Below, piece by piece: positions 32,246 to 40,404 of a stretch of DNA of 64,000 nt (position 1 is its first letter; each line of letters begins with the position of its first letter). Position numbers and translations under genes: made by a program. This stretch comes from a bacterium (GTDB lineage: Bacteria > Vulcanimicrobiota > Vulcanimicrobiia > Vulcanimicrobiales > Vulcanimicrobiaceae), in assembly GCA_021805775.1 (NCBI GenBank), contig JAJZED010000004.1, positions 1-64,000 on the forward strand, given 5' to 3'. The notes below the pieces were generated by a model. That model saw only the letters and a program-made list of their open reading frames with translations. It searched no databases and was not told the DNA's origin.

Positions 32246-32815
32246 CTAGTGCGGTCCCGCGCGCTGGCATCGCTCGACCGAAGGGCTATCGCTTGGAAAA
32301 ACGACGAACATCGTTCCACTCTTCACGACGATGTTATTTCCGTGATGAAAAAAATTGAATGCGCCGATCGCAACGCTGACGCCGGGGATCGGTATCGCGC
32401 CGAGATATCCGGGTAGGTTGCCCGAGCTTCCGTTTCGCACGAGATCGTTCGCGCGATGGTCGAGCACGACACCGTAGTGTCGACCATGAAGAACGAAATA
32501 GCGCGGCTCGAGGACGAGCGTGCCCGAGACGCCGTTCCTCCCTGCTGCCGATGCAACGGAGACGACGCCGTAGCCCACCGTGTGAGTCGGGATCGCTATG
32601 CCGGCGCCGACGGTAACGGCGTTGATGCTTTGAAAGCGAAAAAAATCGCCCGGGCGTGCATTCCCGGAGTCGATCGTATCGATCATTTCCACCGCGACCG
32701 GCGTGCATGCGTTGAGCCCGACGAAGGTCGCGCCCGAGGATCGGTGCGGCAGCGCGACGAGCGCTAGAACGAGCGCGAAGGCGGCCGACGATGGAAAACG
32801 CTTTTGCATGCGCAT
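32246..32815 (-). CDS. Secreted hypothetical protein
   Basis: Start at MRMQKRFPSSAAFALVLALVALP (signal peptide). No recognisable catalytic motif. The 50 upstream codons of the track ORF are Ser/Arg-rich. Confidence 0.5.
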   Translation of the reverse strand: MRMQKRFPSSAAFALVLALVALPHRSSGATFVGLNACTPVAVEMIDTIDSGNARPGDFFRFQSINAVTVGAGIAIPTHTVGYGVVSVASAAGRNGVSGTLVLEPRYFVLHGRHYGVVLDHRANDLVRNGSSGNLPGYLGAIPIPGVSVAIGAFNFFHHGNNIVVKSGTMFVVFPSDSPSVERCQRAGPH

Positions 32816-32870
32816 GCTCGCCCCTTCTCGTCTGCACGCGCTCGCTCCCGCAGAGAGCCCGCGACGGCGA

Positions 32871-34298
32871 TCAGGGGCGTGCGATCTCGATACGGCCGCG
32901 CGCGTAGTCGAACGTAACGACGAACTTTGCGAGAAGTCCGTTGCCGATGTGGCCGTCGCCGACACCGTGCAGGCCTTCTGTCGCTCCGATTGTGACGTGT
33001 TTAAGATGAAGCGAGCCGAGCGTGATGCCTGCTATGGTGCCGAGATGCTCGGTGCTGGTCCCGCCGACGCCGCGCACGAAGCGGCTCTCGGTAACGTGGA
33101 AGAGCGTGGGATGGGCGTGGAAAAAATCCGCTCCGAGGTTAATCGCCGACTCGTCGCCGGTATCGACGAGAAGGCGAGCGGGGGTCGCCCCAAGGGTAGC
33201 GCGAACGGTTGGTACGAGTGCGAGAAAGCGTATCGGTAAGCCCGTGCTGACGGCGACGGCCCTTGGGGGCTGCACGATGACGCGGCGGTGCGGCCCGTCG
33301 ATCGTCACGCGCGCCGCAGCTAAAAAATCGGTTCCGAGAATCACGTCGTAGCTCGTTCCCTCGAGATCGGAGAGCACCACATAGGTCGCTTTCGGCAGCG
33401 TTACCGCACCGATTCGTAGCGGCGGAGCGCCGACCAACTCGGTGAGATAATCGCCGATGCCTTGGATCTCGAAGGTGCCGGTCGGATGGAGATGCAGGCG
33501 CTCGGCGAGCGAGAGCGTCATCGAGAGCCCGGAATTTCCGCTATCGATGAGACAGCGGAGCGGTCGACCGCCGATACTGCACGCGACGATCGGAATCTTC
33601 GCGCGCGGAAGCCACGGAAGGACGACCGGGGCTGCGGCGAAGGCGAGCGCGAGCGGGTGCGGTGCGATGAACGGAGCGTTCTCGATGCGAATCCGGTGAA
33701 ATGTGATGTAGGGTTTCCCGTCGCGGTCGATGCGCGTCGGCAGGCGCACTTTCCCGACGTTGCGATATGCGGAAAACTCGTAGCGCGACGATCCGATTTG
33801 TGCGCTTCGAATCAGCGCGTCGGCGCCGATGCCCAGCGTGAACGGTGAGATGCCCTTGGCTTGTATTCCCAGCGAAAAGCGCTCGTTCCGCGCCGGCGGT
33901 AGAAGAGCGAGCGTGCCGCCGGCCTTGCGAAAGCCCCGCCGTAGGAACTCGTGCGAGAGCGCGAGCAAGAGCGCCGGCTCGCTCGAGGTTAATTGCGGCG
34001 CGGGCAGCGGGGTGTCGTTGACCGTGAGATCGTCGGCCTGCGAGCCGTGATAGAAGCGCCCCAAGCAGAGATCGTTGAGACAGCGGTGTAAAACCAAATG
34101 ATCCCCGCGGGCATCGATATGCGCGCGGGTAAGAATCGTGCCGTCGCTGATATCGACGACGGCATCGAGATGAGCCGACCAAAGAGGGCCGGCCGCAACG
34201 CGCATACGCTCGCGAAGGTCGCCGAGGGGGGTGGTTCGCGCCGAAGGCGACGCCGTGAGGGCGAAAAGAAGGGCCAAGGTCGCGACGGCGAACCGCAT
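32871..34298 (-). CDS. Secreted tandem retropepsin-like (clan AA) aspartic protease
   Basis: Signal peptide MRFAVATLALLFALTASPSA. Two hhh-D-S/T-G-a motifs (LIDSGNSG and LVDTGDES) about 130 aa apart. This is a fused pseudo-dimer of two retropepsin-like lobes. Confidence 0.65.
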   Translation of the reverse strand: MRFAVATLALLFALTASPSARTTPLGDLRERMRVAAGPLWSAHLDAVVDISDGTILTRAHIDARGDHLVLHRCLNDLCLGRFYHGSQADDLTVNDTPLPAPQLTSSEPALLLALSHEFLRRGFRKAGGTLALLPPARNERFSLGIQAKGISPFTLGIGADALIRSAQIGSSRYEFSAYRNVGKVRLPTRIDRDGKPYITFHRIRIENAPFIAPHPLALAFAAAPVVLPWLPRAKIPIVACSIGGRPLRCLIDSGNSGLSMTLSLAERLHLHPTGTFEIQGIGDYLTELVGAPPLRIGAVTLPKATYVVLSDLEGTSYDVILGTDFLAAARVTIDGPHRRVIVQPPRAVAVSTGLPIRFLALVPTVRATLGATPARLLVDTGDESAINLGADFFHAHPTLFHVTESRFVRGVGGTSTEHLGTIAGITLGSLHLKHVTIGATEGLHGVGDGHIGNGLLAKFVVTFDYARGRIEIARP

Positions 34299-34304
34299 GC
34301 GGTG

Positions 34305-34616
34305 ATGTTCGAGCTTCTCGATAGCTACCTTCTTGAGAGCGCGCCGGGAAAGGCTGCCGTCATCGCCGCCCTATTGGCTCAGAAGCCGAACGGAGAGCAC
34401 CTGCGCCCATTCATGGAGGGGATCGCTCGCTTGGGCGATCGGACACCCGATTTAGCGCTGCTCGCCCTTCGTCTGGCGGCGGCGAATCTTCGCGCCGACG
34501 ATGCGACGGTATTAGCATTGCGAGATGCCTCGCAGCGCGCTCGCTCCGGAGATGCATCGGCGCGCGAGGCCTATTTTAAGATTCTCCGGATCGATGGAAC
34601 GTCGCCGACACCGTAA
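34305..34616 (+). CDS. Hypothetical small protein (103 aa)
   Basis: ORF diverges only 6 nt from the protease start. Helical, Ala/Leu-rich, with several rare codons. Retained only as a possible gene. Confidence 0.25.
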   Translation: MFELLDSYLLESAPGKAAVIAALLAQKPNGEHLRPFMEGIARLGDRTPDLALLALRLAAANLRADDATVLALRDASQRARSGDASAREAYFKILRIDGTSPTP

Positions 34617-34637
34617 TGCGTTCTTAGATTATCTATC

Positions 34638-34940
34638 GTGAAACGCTCTATCTTTTTGCTCTCCGCATTACTCGCACTCGCACCGGGTGCTCTCGTCGCG
34701 CATCCCTCACGCACGCTTTCGTTCGTCGGGAAGATCGTCGCCATTCACTACCAGCATCCCGGCATCGGCGTTCGAGTCGATCCGAAAACGGTATTGGAGG
34801 TGACGGTGACTCCCAATACCTCGATCCAGCGAGCCGGCGGTTTCGCTACCCTGGCAAGCCTGCGGCTCGGCGACCGCGTCGAGGTACTGGCGGCCCGCTC
34901 CGGGAAGATGCTTGTAGCGCAATCGATCAGCGCGCACTAA
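34638..34940 (+). CDS. Small secreted hypothetical protein (100 aa)
   Basis: GTG start. Signal peptide MKRSIFLLSALLALAPGALVAHP. Beta-rich mature part. No clear SD sequence. Confidence 0.45.
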   Translation: MKRSIFLLSALLALAPGALVAHPSRTLSFVGKIVAIHYQHPGIGVRVDPKTVLEVTVTPNTSIQRAGGFATLASLRLGDRVEVLAARSGKMLVAQSISAH

Positions 34941-34973
34941 CGTCGCGTTCCTCCCTATCAAGAAGGAGCCGTT

Positions 34974-36455
34974 CTGAGCGAGTTCGTCGACCTGGCAGAG
35001 GGTGTTCTCGCGGTTGGATTCCCGGGTTCGGAGCTCGACGAGGCGACCCGCGCGGAGTTCACGCTGCGGGGCTTCGGCGGTTACGTCCTTTTTGCAAGAA
35101 ATCTGCCCTCTGTGGAGCGCGCGCGCGCCCTCACCGACGCGCTGCGGTCACTCCGTCCCGACGACCCGATGCCGATTCTCGCCATCGACCAGGAGGGAGG
35201 CCGCGTGGCGCGGCTGCGCGAGGGAGTCGCTGCGATGCCCTCGATGATGGCCGTCGGTGCCGCCGCCGACCTCGATCTCGCACGGCAGCTCGGGGAACAG
35301 ATCGCTCACGATCTTCGTCGCATCGGAGCGAACGTCGATTTCGCACCGGTTCTCGATCTTGCCATAGACCGCGCGAGTACCGTCATCGGAACGCGCTCGT
35401 TCGGTGATAATCCCGAGCGCGTCGCCGACCTCGCAGGGGCGTTCGCGAGCGGAATGGGGCGCCGCGGCATCGTGCCGACCTTCAAACATTTCCCCGGACA
35501 CGGAAGCACCGCCGTCGATTCGCATGTCGCATTGCCGACGATTACCCTCCCGCCCCCGATCCTACACGTACGCGATCTCGCACCCTTCTGCGATCTCTTG
35601 CCGCATGCGCGCGCGGCGATGGTCGCGCATGTTGTCGTCGAAGCCGTCGATCGCGAACGACCGGCGACGCTCTCCGAGGAAGTGCTGAAGACGTTGTTGC
35701 GCGAGAGTTGCTCGTTCAACGGCGTCGCCTTCACCGACGATCTGGAGATGGGTGCGCTCGATCGATTCGGCACGATTCCCGAGCGCGCGGCGACGGCGAT
35801 TCAGGCCGGTGCCGATTGCGCGCTTATCGGCGAGCGGCTCGACGCGGCGATGCCGGCGGTGCGCGAGATCGCCGCGCGCATTGCACGCGGCGAGATGCGC
35901 GAGTGGCGCTTGCGCGAGGCCGGCATGCGCATGCGCATGCTGCGGGCGACGCTCGCCGCGCCGATTCCGCTCGATGCTCCCGCGCCGTTCCCGAACGTCG
36001 GCACGACGATCGCCGCGCGCGCCGTGGTCCGCGTTCGCGGTACGCCGCGTGCGCGAGCAAATGAAAGTATCGTCGTGCGATTCGGCGTCGAAGGCGATCT
36101 CGGCCCGGGCGGGCTCGGCGCCGAGGAAGCCCCTCGGTTGCATCCGGGTGAGCCCGCCTCGGTGGAGCGCACGCTATCTGCGCTGGCGAGCTCCGGGCGC
36201 CGCCCGGTGCTGCTCTCGTACCGCACGCATCTCGATGCCGCCGCGATCGATGCGATCCGGCGCATTGTCGATCGTTTTCCGGAGAGCATCTTCGTCTCGA
36301 CGATGGAGCCATTCGATATCGAGACGGCGCCGTTCGTCAACCATGCACTCTGCTGCTTCGGCAGCGATATGCTACACCTCCACGCCGCGGCCGCCGCGAT
36401 TTTTGCCGGCGCACCGACGAACGGTAAATTACCGGTTACCCTCGCTCGTGGTTGA
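34974..36455 (+). CDS. nagZ: Beta-N-acetylhexosaminidase (GH3)
   Basis: GH3 N-terminal domain: ILAIDQEGGRVARL, KHFPGHG, catalytic-Asp region. Homology to E. coli NagZ (ELDAEEREIL ... GGLILFTRN) clearly extends about 45 codons upstream of the track GTG (35112), in the same frame. That stretch contains no ATG, GTG or TTG. AAGGAG at 34962-34967 lies 6 nt before a CTG (34974), taken here as the provisional start. Confidence 0.8.
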   Translation: MSEFVDLAEGVLAVGFPGSELDEATRAEFTLRGFGGYVLFARNLPSVERARALTDALRSLRPDDPMPILAIDQEGGRVARLREGVAAMPSMMAVGAAADLDLARQLGEQIAHDLRRIGANVDFAPVLDLAIDRASTVIGTRSFGDNPERVADLAGAFASGMGRRGIVPTFKHFPGHGSTAVDSHVALPTITLPPPILHVRDLAPFCDLLPHARAAMVAHVVVEAVDRERPATLSEEVLKTLLRESCSFNGVAFTDDLEMGALDRFGTIPERAATAIQAGADCALIGERLDAAMPAVREIAARIARGEMREWRLREAGMRMRMLRATLAAPIPLDAPAPFPNVGTTIAARAVVRVRGTPRARANESIVVRFGVEGDLGPGGLGAEEAPRLHPGEPASVERTLSALASSGRRPVLLSYRTHLDAAAIDAIRRIVDRFPESIFVSTMEPFDIETAPFVNHALCCFGSDMLHLHAAAAAIFAGAPTNGKLPVTLARG

Positions 36456-37485
36456 TCGCTTTCACGAGAGCGACGGCGTGCTGCGTGCGGCACTCGGTCG
36501 GCGCTTCACCGCTGCCGTCGCGCGCGTCGAACGGCACGGTCGGGTCCTCTTCGAGCGCGCGTATGGTGAGACGCGAGCCGATTGCCACGCTCGGCCGGTG
36601 GAGATCGACACGCGCTTCGATCTCGCATCGCTGACGAAGATCGTGGTAGCGACCGTTGCGCTCGATGCAATCGCGCGCGGGCGCTTCGACCTCGACGAAA
36701 CGCTCGTAGCGACGATTCCGGAATGGGATCCGTTGCCGCAACGCGCGATAACGATGCGTATGCTCTTCGCCCATACCTCGGGCATGCAATCGGGCGCGCA
36801 TTATCGCGCGCTCCGCGATCGTTCCGTTGAAGAGTATGCACTAACCGCCGATCTGCACGCCGCCGTCGGCAGCGGCGTGCTCTACAGCGACCTCGGGTTT
36901 ATAGCGCTCGGTATCGCGCTTGCACGGCGCGAAGGGCGCTCGCTGCAGAGTCTTGTCGAAAAATTCGTTGCGCGCCCCGGCCTCGGTTACCGGCCGCATC
37001 GGAGCGATTGGGGCGCGATTCCGGCGACGGAATGCGATAGTTGGCGCGGCCGCGTACAGGGACGCGTGCATGACGAAAAAGCCTACCTCTGCGGCGGCGT
37101 TGCCGGGCACGCCGGTCTATTTGGAAGCGCCGCCGATGCGGCGTGGGTCGGCGAACAATATCTCGCAACCCAACACGGCCGCGCCTCCGTGCTCGACGAA
37201 GGACTCGCGCGCGAGGCGCTCCGCGAGCAGGCTTTCGATCCGACGCTCCGTCGCGCTCTCGGTTGGGCGCTGAAAACGCGCGATGATAATTCCTGCGGCC
37301 CCGGCTTTTCGCGCGACTCCTTCGGGCATACCGGCTTTACCGGAACCTGCATCTGGGTCGATCCGCAGCGCGATCTTACCGCCGTGTTGCTGACGAACAC
37401 CGTGTATTTCGGCCGCGAGGACAGTACCGATCTGCGGCGTGTATTTTTTACCGGCGTTACCGATGCGGTGGATCGCTCGGCATGA
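36448..37485 (+). CDS. Serine hydrolase of the beta-lactamase/PBP family (AmpH-like)
   Basis: S-x-x-K motif in LASLTKIVVA, YSD (YxN-like) and HTGFTG (KTG-like) boxes. GTG start overlaps the nagZ stop (GTGGTTGA). The track ORF from 35752 is a spurious upstream extension, antisense to and overlapping nagZ. Confidence 0.8.
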   Translation: MVDRFHESDGVLRAALGRRFTAAVARVERHGRVLFERAYGETRADCHARPVEIDTRFDLASLTKIVVATVALDAIARGRFDLDETLVATIPEWDPLPQRAITMRMLFAHTSGMQSGAHYRALRDRSVEEYALTADLHAAVGSGVLYSDLGFIALGIALARREGRSLQSLVEKFVARPGLGYRPHRSDWGAIPATECDSWRGRVQGRVHDEKAYLCGGVAGHAGLFGSAADAAWVGEQYLATQHGRASVLDEGLAREALREQAFDPTLRRALGWALKTRDDNSCGPGFSRDSFGHTGFTGTCIWVDPQRDLTAVLLTNTVYFGREDSTDLRRVFFTGVTDAVDRSA

Positions 37486-38636
37486 TTGCGTTAGGAATGA
37501 TGAGCGGTACCTCGCTCGATGGAATCGATTGTGCGCTCGTCGACCTGCGGAGTCGCGGCGAGGGCATGGAGATCGATCTGCTCGATGCGCGGACGTTTGC
37601 ATTCGAAGCGGAAGTTGCAGAACTATTGGACGAACTCGTTCGCCGCGAGCGTGGTGGCCTTTCCGCAGTTGCGCGCCTGCATCGCGCGCTCGGCCTCGCG
37701 CACGCCGACGCCGCCGAGCGCTTTCTCGACGGGCGATCCGTCGACTTCGCCGCCATGCACGGCCAAACGATCTACCACGACGGCGCGGCGGCGCTCACGT
37801 TACAGATCGGCGATCCGTTTGCGCTGCGCGACCGCATCGCTGCCAGCGTCTGTTTCGATTTTCGGGGCGCCGATTGCGCCCTCGGCGGAGCGGGAGCGCC
37901 GTTGGTTCCCCACGTCGACGTAATGCTCGTAGCCGATCCCGGCGAGAAACGCGTTGCGTTGAATTGCGGCGGAATCGCGAACGTCACGTTGCTCCCGGCA
38001 TCCGCGCACCTCGACGAGCGGCACATCGTCGCTTTCGATACCGGCCCCGGCAACATGCTCCTCGATGCGTGGATCGCCGAGGCGAGCGGCGGGCGTCTGC
38101 GCTTCGATCGCAACGGCGAAACCGCGGCGCGCGGCTCCGTCGATGCATCGTTGCTCGCAGCGATGCTCGACGATCCCTACTTCGCGCAACCGGGGCCGAA
38201 ATCAACCGGGCGCGAGCGTTTCGGTGAAGCGTTCTTCTCTCGCTATCGCGCCGCATTACGCGCGCTCCCACTCGAGGATGGATTGGCGACGTTGCTTGCG
38301 TTGACCGTCGAAAGTATCGCGCGGGCGCTCGAACGTTATCGCTTCGACGATGCGCGCATTCTCTGCTCGGGCGGCGGTGCGCGCAACAGTCGGCTGATGC
38401 AGGCGCTGGGCGAGCGGCTATCGCATGCGCGCGTCGAATCGAGCGATGCGGTTGGGGTGCCGGCCGATTCGAAGGAGGCGGTCGCCTTCGCCGTCCTCGG
38501 ATACCAAACGCTGCGCGAGCGCAGTGCGAACCTGCCGTCGGTAACCGGGGCTCGAAGGCGGAGCGTTCTCGGTGCCGTGGCACCGCACCGGCTCGCGACC
38601 TTGCTTGAAAAAATCGCGAAGGAAGAGGCACGATGA
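37482..38636 (+). CDS. anmK: Anhydro-N-acetylmuramic acid kinase
   Basis: MSGTSLDGID N-terminus, FDTGPGN, and RFDRNGE ... SVD blocks typical of AnmK. ATGA overlap with the upstream gene. Confidence 0.9.
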   Translation: MIALGMMSGTSLDGIDCALVDLRSRGEGMEIDLLDARTFAFEAEVAELLDELVRRERGGLSAVARLHRALGLAHADAAERFLDGRSVDFAAMHGQTIYHDGAAALTLQIGDPFALRDRIAASVCFDFRGADCALGGAGAPLVPHVDVMLVADPGEKRVALNCGGIANVTLLPASAHLDERHIVAFDTGPGNMLLDAWIAEASGGRLRFDRNGETAARGSVDASLLAAMLDDPYFAQPGPKSTGRERFGEAFFSRYRAALRALPLEDGLATLLALTVESIARALERYRFDDARILCSGGGARNSRLMQALGERLSHARVESSDAVGVPADSKEAVAFAVLGYQTLRERSANLPSVTGARRRSVLGAVAPHRLATLLEKIAKEEAR

Positions 38637-39529
38637 TTCTCGGGATCGACCTCGGTGGGAGTAAGAGCGTTGCGGTAGCCCGCGACGGCGAACGCAGCGT
38701 GCGAGCCGAGGGAGGCCCGGCGAATCCCTCGGCGCTTCCGCTCGATAACGTGCGCGACGTGCTTCACGCGATGTTGCGCGATCTCGCGCTCGAAAGGCAA
38801 CCCGATGCGATCGTGCTCGGAGCCGCCGGTATTTCGAAACCGGGAGTCGCCGAAGCGCTTGAAACGAGCCTTCGCGAGCTCTATCCGCACGCGCGCGTCA
38901 TCTGCACGAGCGATCTGGAGATCGCGTTGCGGGCGGCGACGCCGACGGGCGATGGGGCGGTGTTGGTGCTCGGAACGGGAAGTGGAGTCTACGGCGAGAG
39001 CGGCGAGCAGCGCGTCGCACTCGGCGGCGGCGGTTACCTCCTCGGCGATGAAGGTGCGGGTTTCGCGCTCGGTGGAGCGGCCGCGCGCCTTTTGCTGCGT
39101 TCGTACGAAGGGCGCGCACCGCGCGACCCATGGCTATCGCAGATCGAGCGGGCACTCGATTGTTCCGACCGCGAAACGCTCTTCTCGGCGATCTATCGCA
39201 CGCCGGTTCCCGTCGCGTCGATCGCCGCGCTCGCACCGCTCGTGCTTGCCGCGGCCGACACCGGCGATCGATCGGCGGTGAAGATCGTCCAAGGAGCGGC
39301 ACTCGAGCTCGCCGATCTCGTGCGCGCGCTCTTGCGTCGGCTCGATGCGTTGCAACGCCCATTCTCACTCGCGCTCTGCGGCGGGTTGGTGCGTCGGAAT
39401 TCTTTGCTGACCTTTCTTTTCGAAACGCGTCTCTCGAATGAGGCGCCGTTCCTGACGATACAAAAATTCGCGGGCGAGCCGGTTGAAGGGGCGCTGCTTT
39501 TAGCGGAGCGTGCGAGCGCGAAACAATGA
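38633..39529 (+). CDS. BadF/BadG/BcrA/BcrD-type sugar kinase (N-acetylglucosamine kinase-like)
   Basis: ILGIDLGGSKS phosphate-1 motif, LVLGTGSG phosphate-2, YLLGDEGAGFALG adenosine motif. Overlapping start and stop with both neighbours. Confidence 0.8.
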   Translation: MILGIDLGGSKSVAVARDGERSVRAEGGPANPSALPLDNVRDVLHAMLRDLALERQPDAIVLGAAGISKPGVAEALETSLRELYPHARVICTSDLEIALRAATPTGDGAVLVLGTGSGVYGESGEQRVALGGGGYLLGDEGAGFALGGAAARLLLRSYEGRAPRDPWLSQIERALDCSDRETLFSAIYRTPVPVASIAALAPLVLAAADTGDRSAVKIVQGAALELADLVRALLRRLDALQRPFSLALCGGLVRRNSLLTFLFETRLSNEAPFLTIQKFAGEPVEGALLLAERASAKQ

Positions 39530-40404
39530 GCGAAGAGCTTCCCGCTACCGAAGCGCTCTCGCAGCAAGCCGCGTTAGAGCGTTTGGAGATCGCCGATTGC
39601 GTCGCCGAGATCGTTGGCGTTCAGGCGCGCGCGGTCGAGGCCGTCGCGGCGGCGCGCGAGGCGATTGCCGCCGCCGCGACGGCGGCAGCCGCGGCGATGG
39701 CGAAGGGCGCGACGTGGCATACCATCGGCGCGGGAAGCAGCGGGCGCCTCGCCGCGCTCGATGCAGTCGAGCTGCATCCGACGTTTGGGCTCGATCCGCG
39801 CCGCATTTGCATTCACCTTGCAGGCGGAGAGGCCGCCTTTCGCGGCGCTATCGAAGGTGCCGAGGATGACGGAGCGGCGGGTGCGCGCGATGCCGCGTGC
39901 GTGAACGCCGGTGACGTTGCCATCGCGCTCTCGGCGAGCGGACGGGCACCCTATGTCGTTGCGGCGTTGCGAACGGCGCGAGAGCGCGGCGCGCTCGCGA
40001 TCGCCGTTGCCAACGACGGTAACGCGCCGCTCTTCGCCGAGGCCGATTGCGCGATCTTTCTCGCCACCGGGCCGGAGCCGATCGTCGGATCGACGCGACT
40101 GATCGCAGGCACGGCACAGAAGATCGCGCTCAACGCGTTCTCGACAGCGGTAATGGTGGCATTGGGAACGACCTACGAAAATATGATGGTCGATGTCGTC
40201 GTCACCAACGAAAAATTACGTTACCGCGCCGAACGAATCGTGATGCAGGTGGCGCCGTGTCGGCGCGAACGCGCGCGCGCGCTCCTTAACGGTGCGTCGG
40301 GTTCGGTAAAAACGGCGATTGCGATGGCCTGGCTCGAAACCGATGCACGTGGCGCGCAAGATGCGCTCGCGCGGAACGGCGGGCGATTGCGCGGCCTTCG
40401 GTGA
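39526..40404 (+). CDS. murQ: N-acetylmuramic acid 6-phosphate etherase
   Basis: SIS domain with TIGAGSSGRLA, the MurQ-specific GSTRLIAGTAQK, and C-terminal YENMMVDVVVTNEKL. Confidence 0.9.
   Translation: MSEELPATEALSQQAALERLEIADCVAEIVGVQARAVEAVAAAREAIAAAATAAAAAMAKGATWHTIGAGSSGRLAALDAVELHPTFGLDPRRICIHLAGGEAAFRGAIEGAEDDGAAGARDAACVNAGDVAIALSASGRAPYVVAALRTARERGALAIAVANDGNAPLFAEADCAIFLATGPEPIVGSTRLIAGTAQKIALNAFSTAVMVALGTTYENMMVDVVVTNEKLRYRAERIVMQVAPCRRERARALLNGASGSVKTAIAMAWLETDARGAQDALARNGGRLRGLR

Noticed and set aside
34098-34616. 172-aa ORF overlapping the protease gene start.
   Set aside because: The first 69 codons are antisense to the protease signal-peptide region and are Arg/Gly-rich. Only the part from 34305 was retained, at low confidence.
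35752-37485. The 577-aa track ORF as a single protein.
   Set aside because: The N-terminal 230 codons overlap nagZ in another frame and are Arg-rich. The serine-hydrolase homology starts at the GTG at 36448, which overlaps the nagZ stop.
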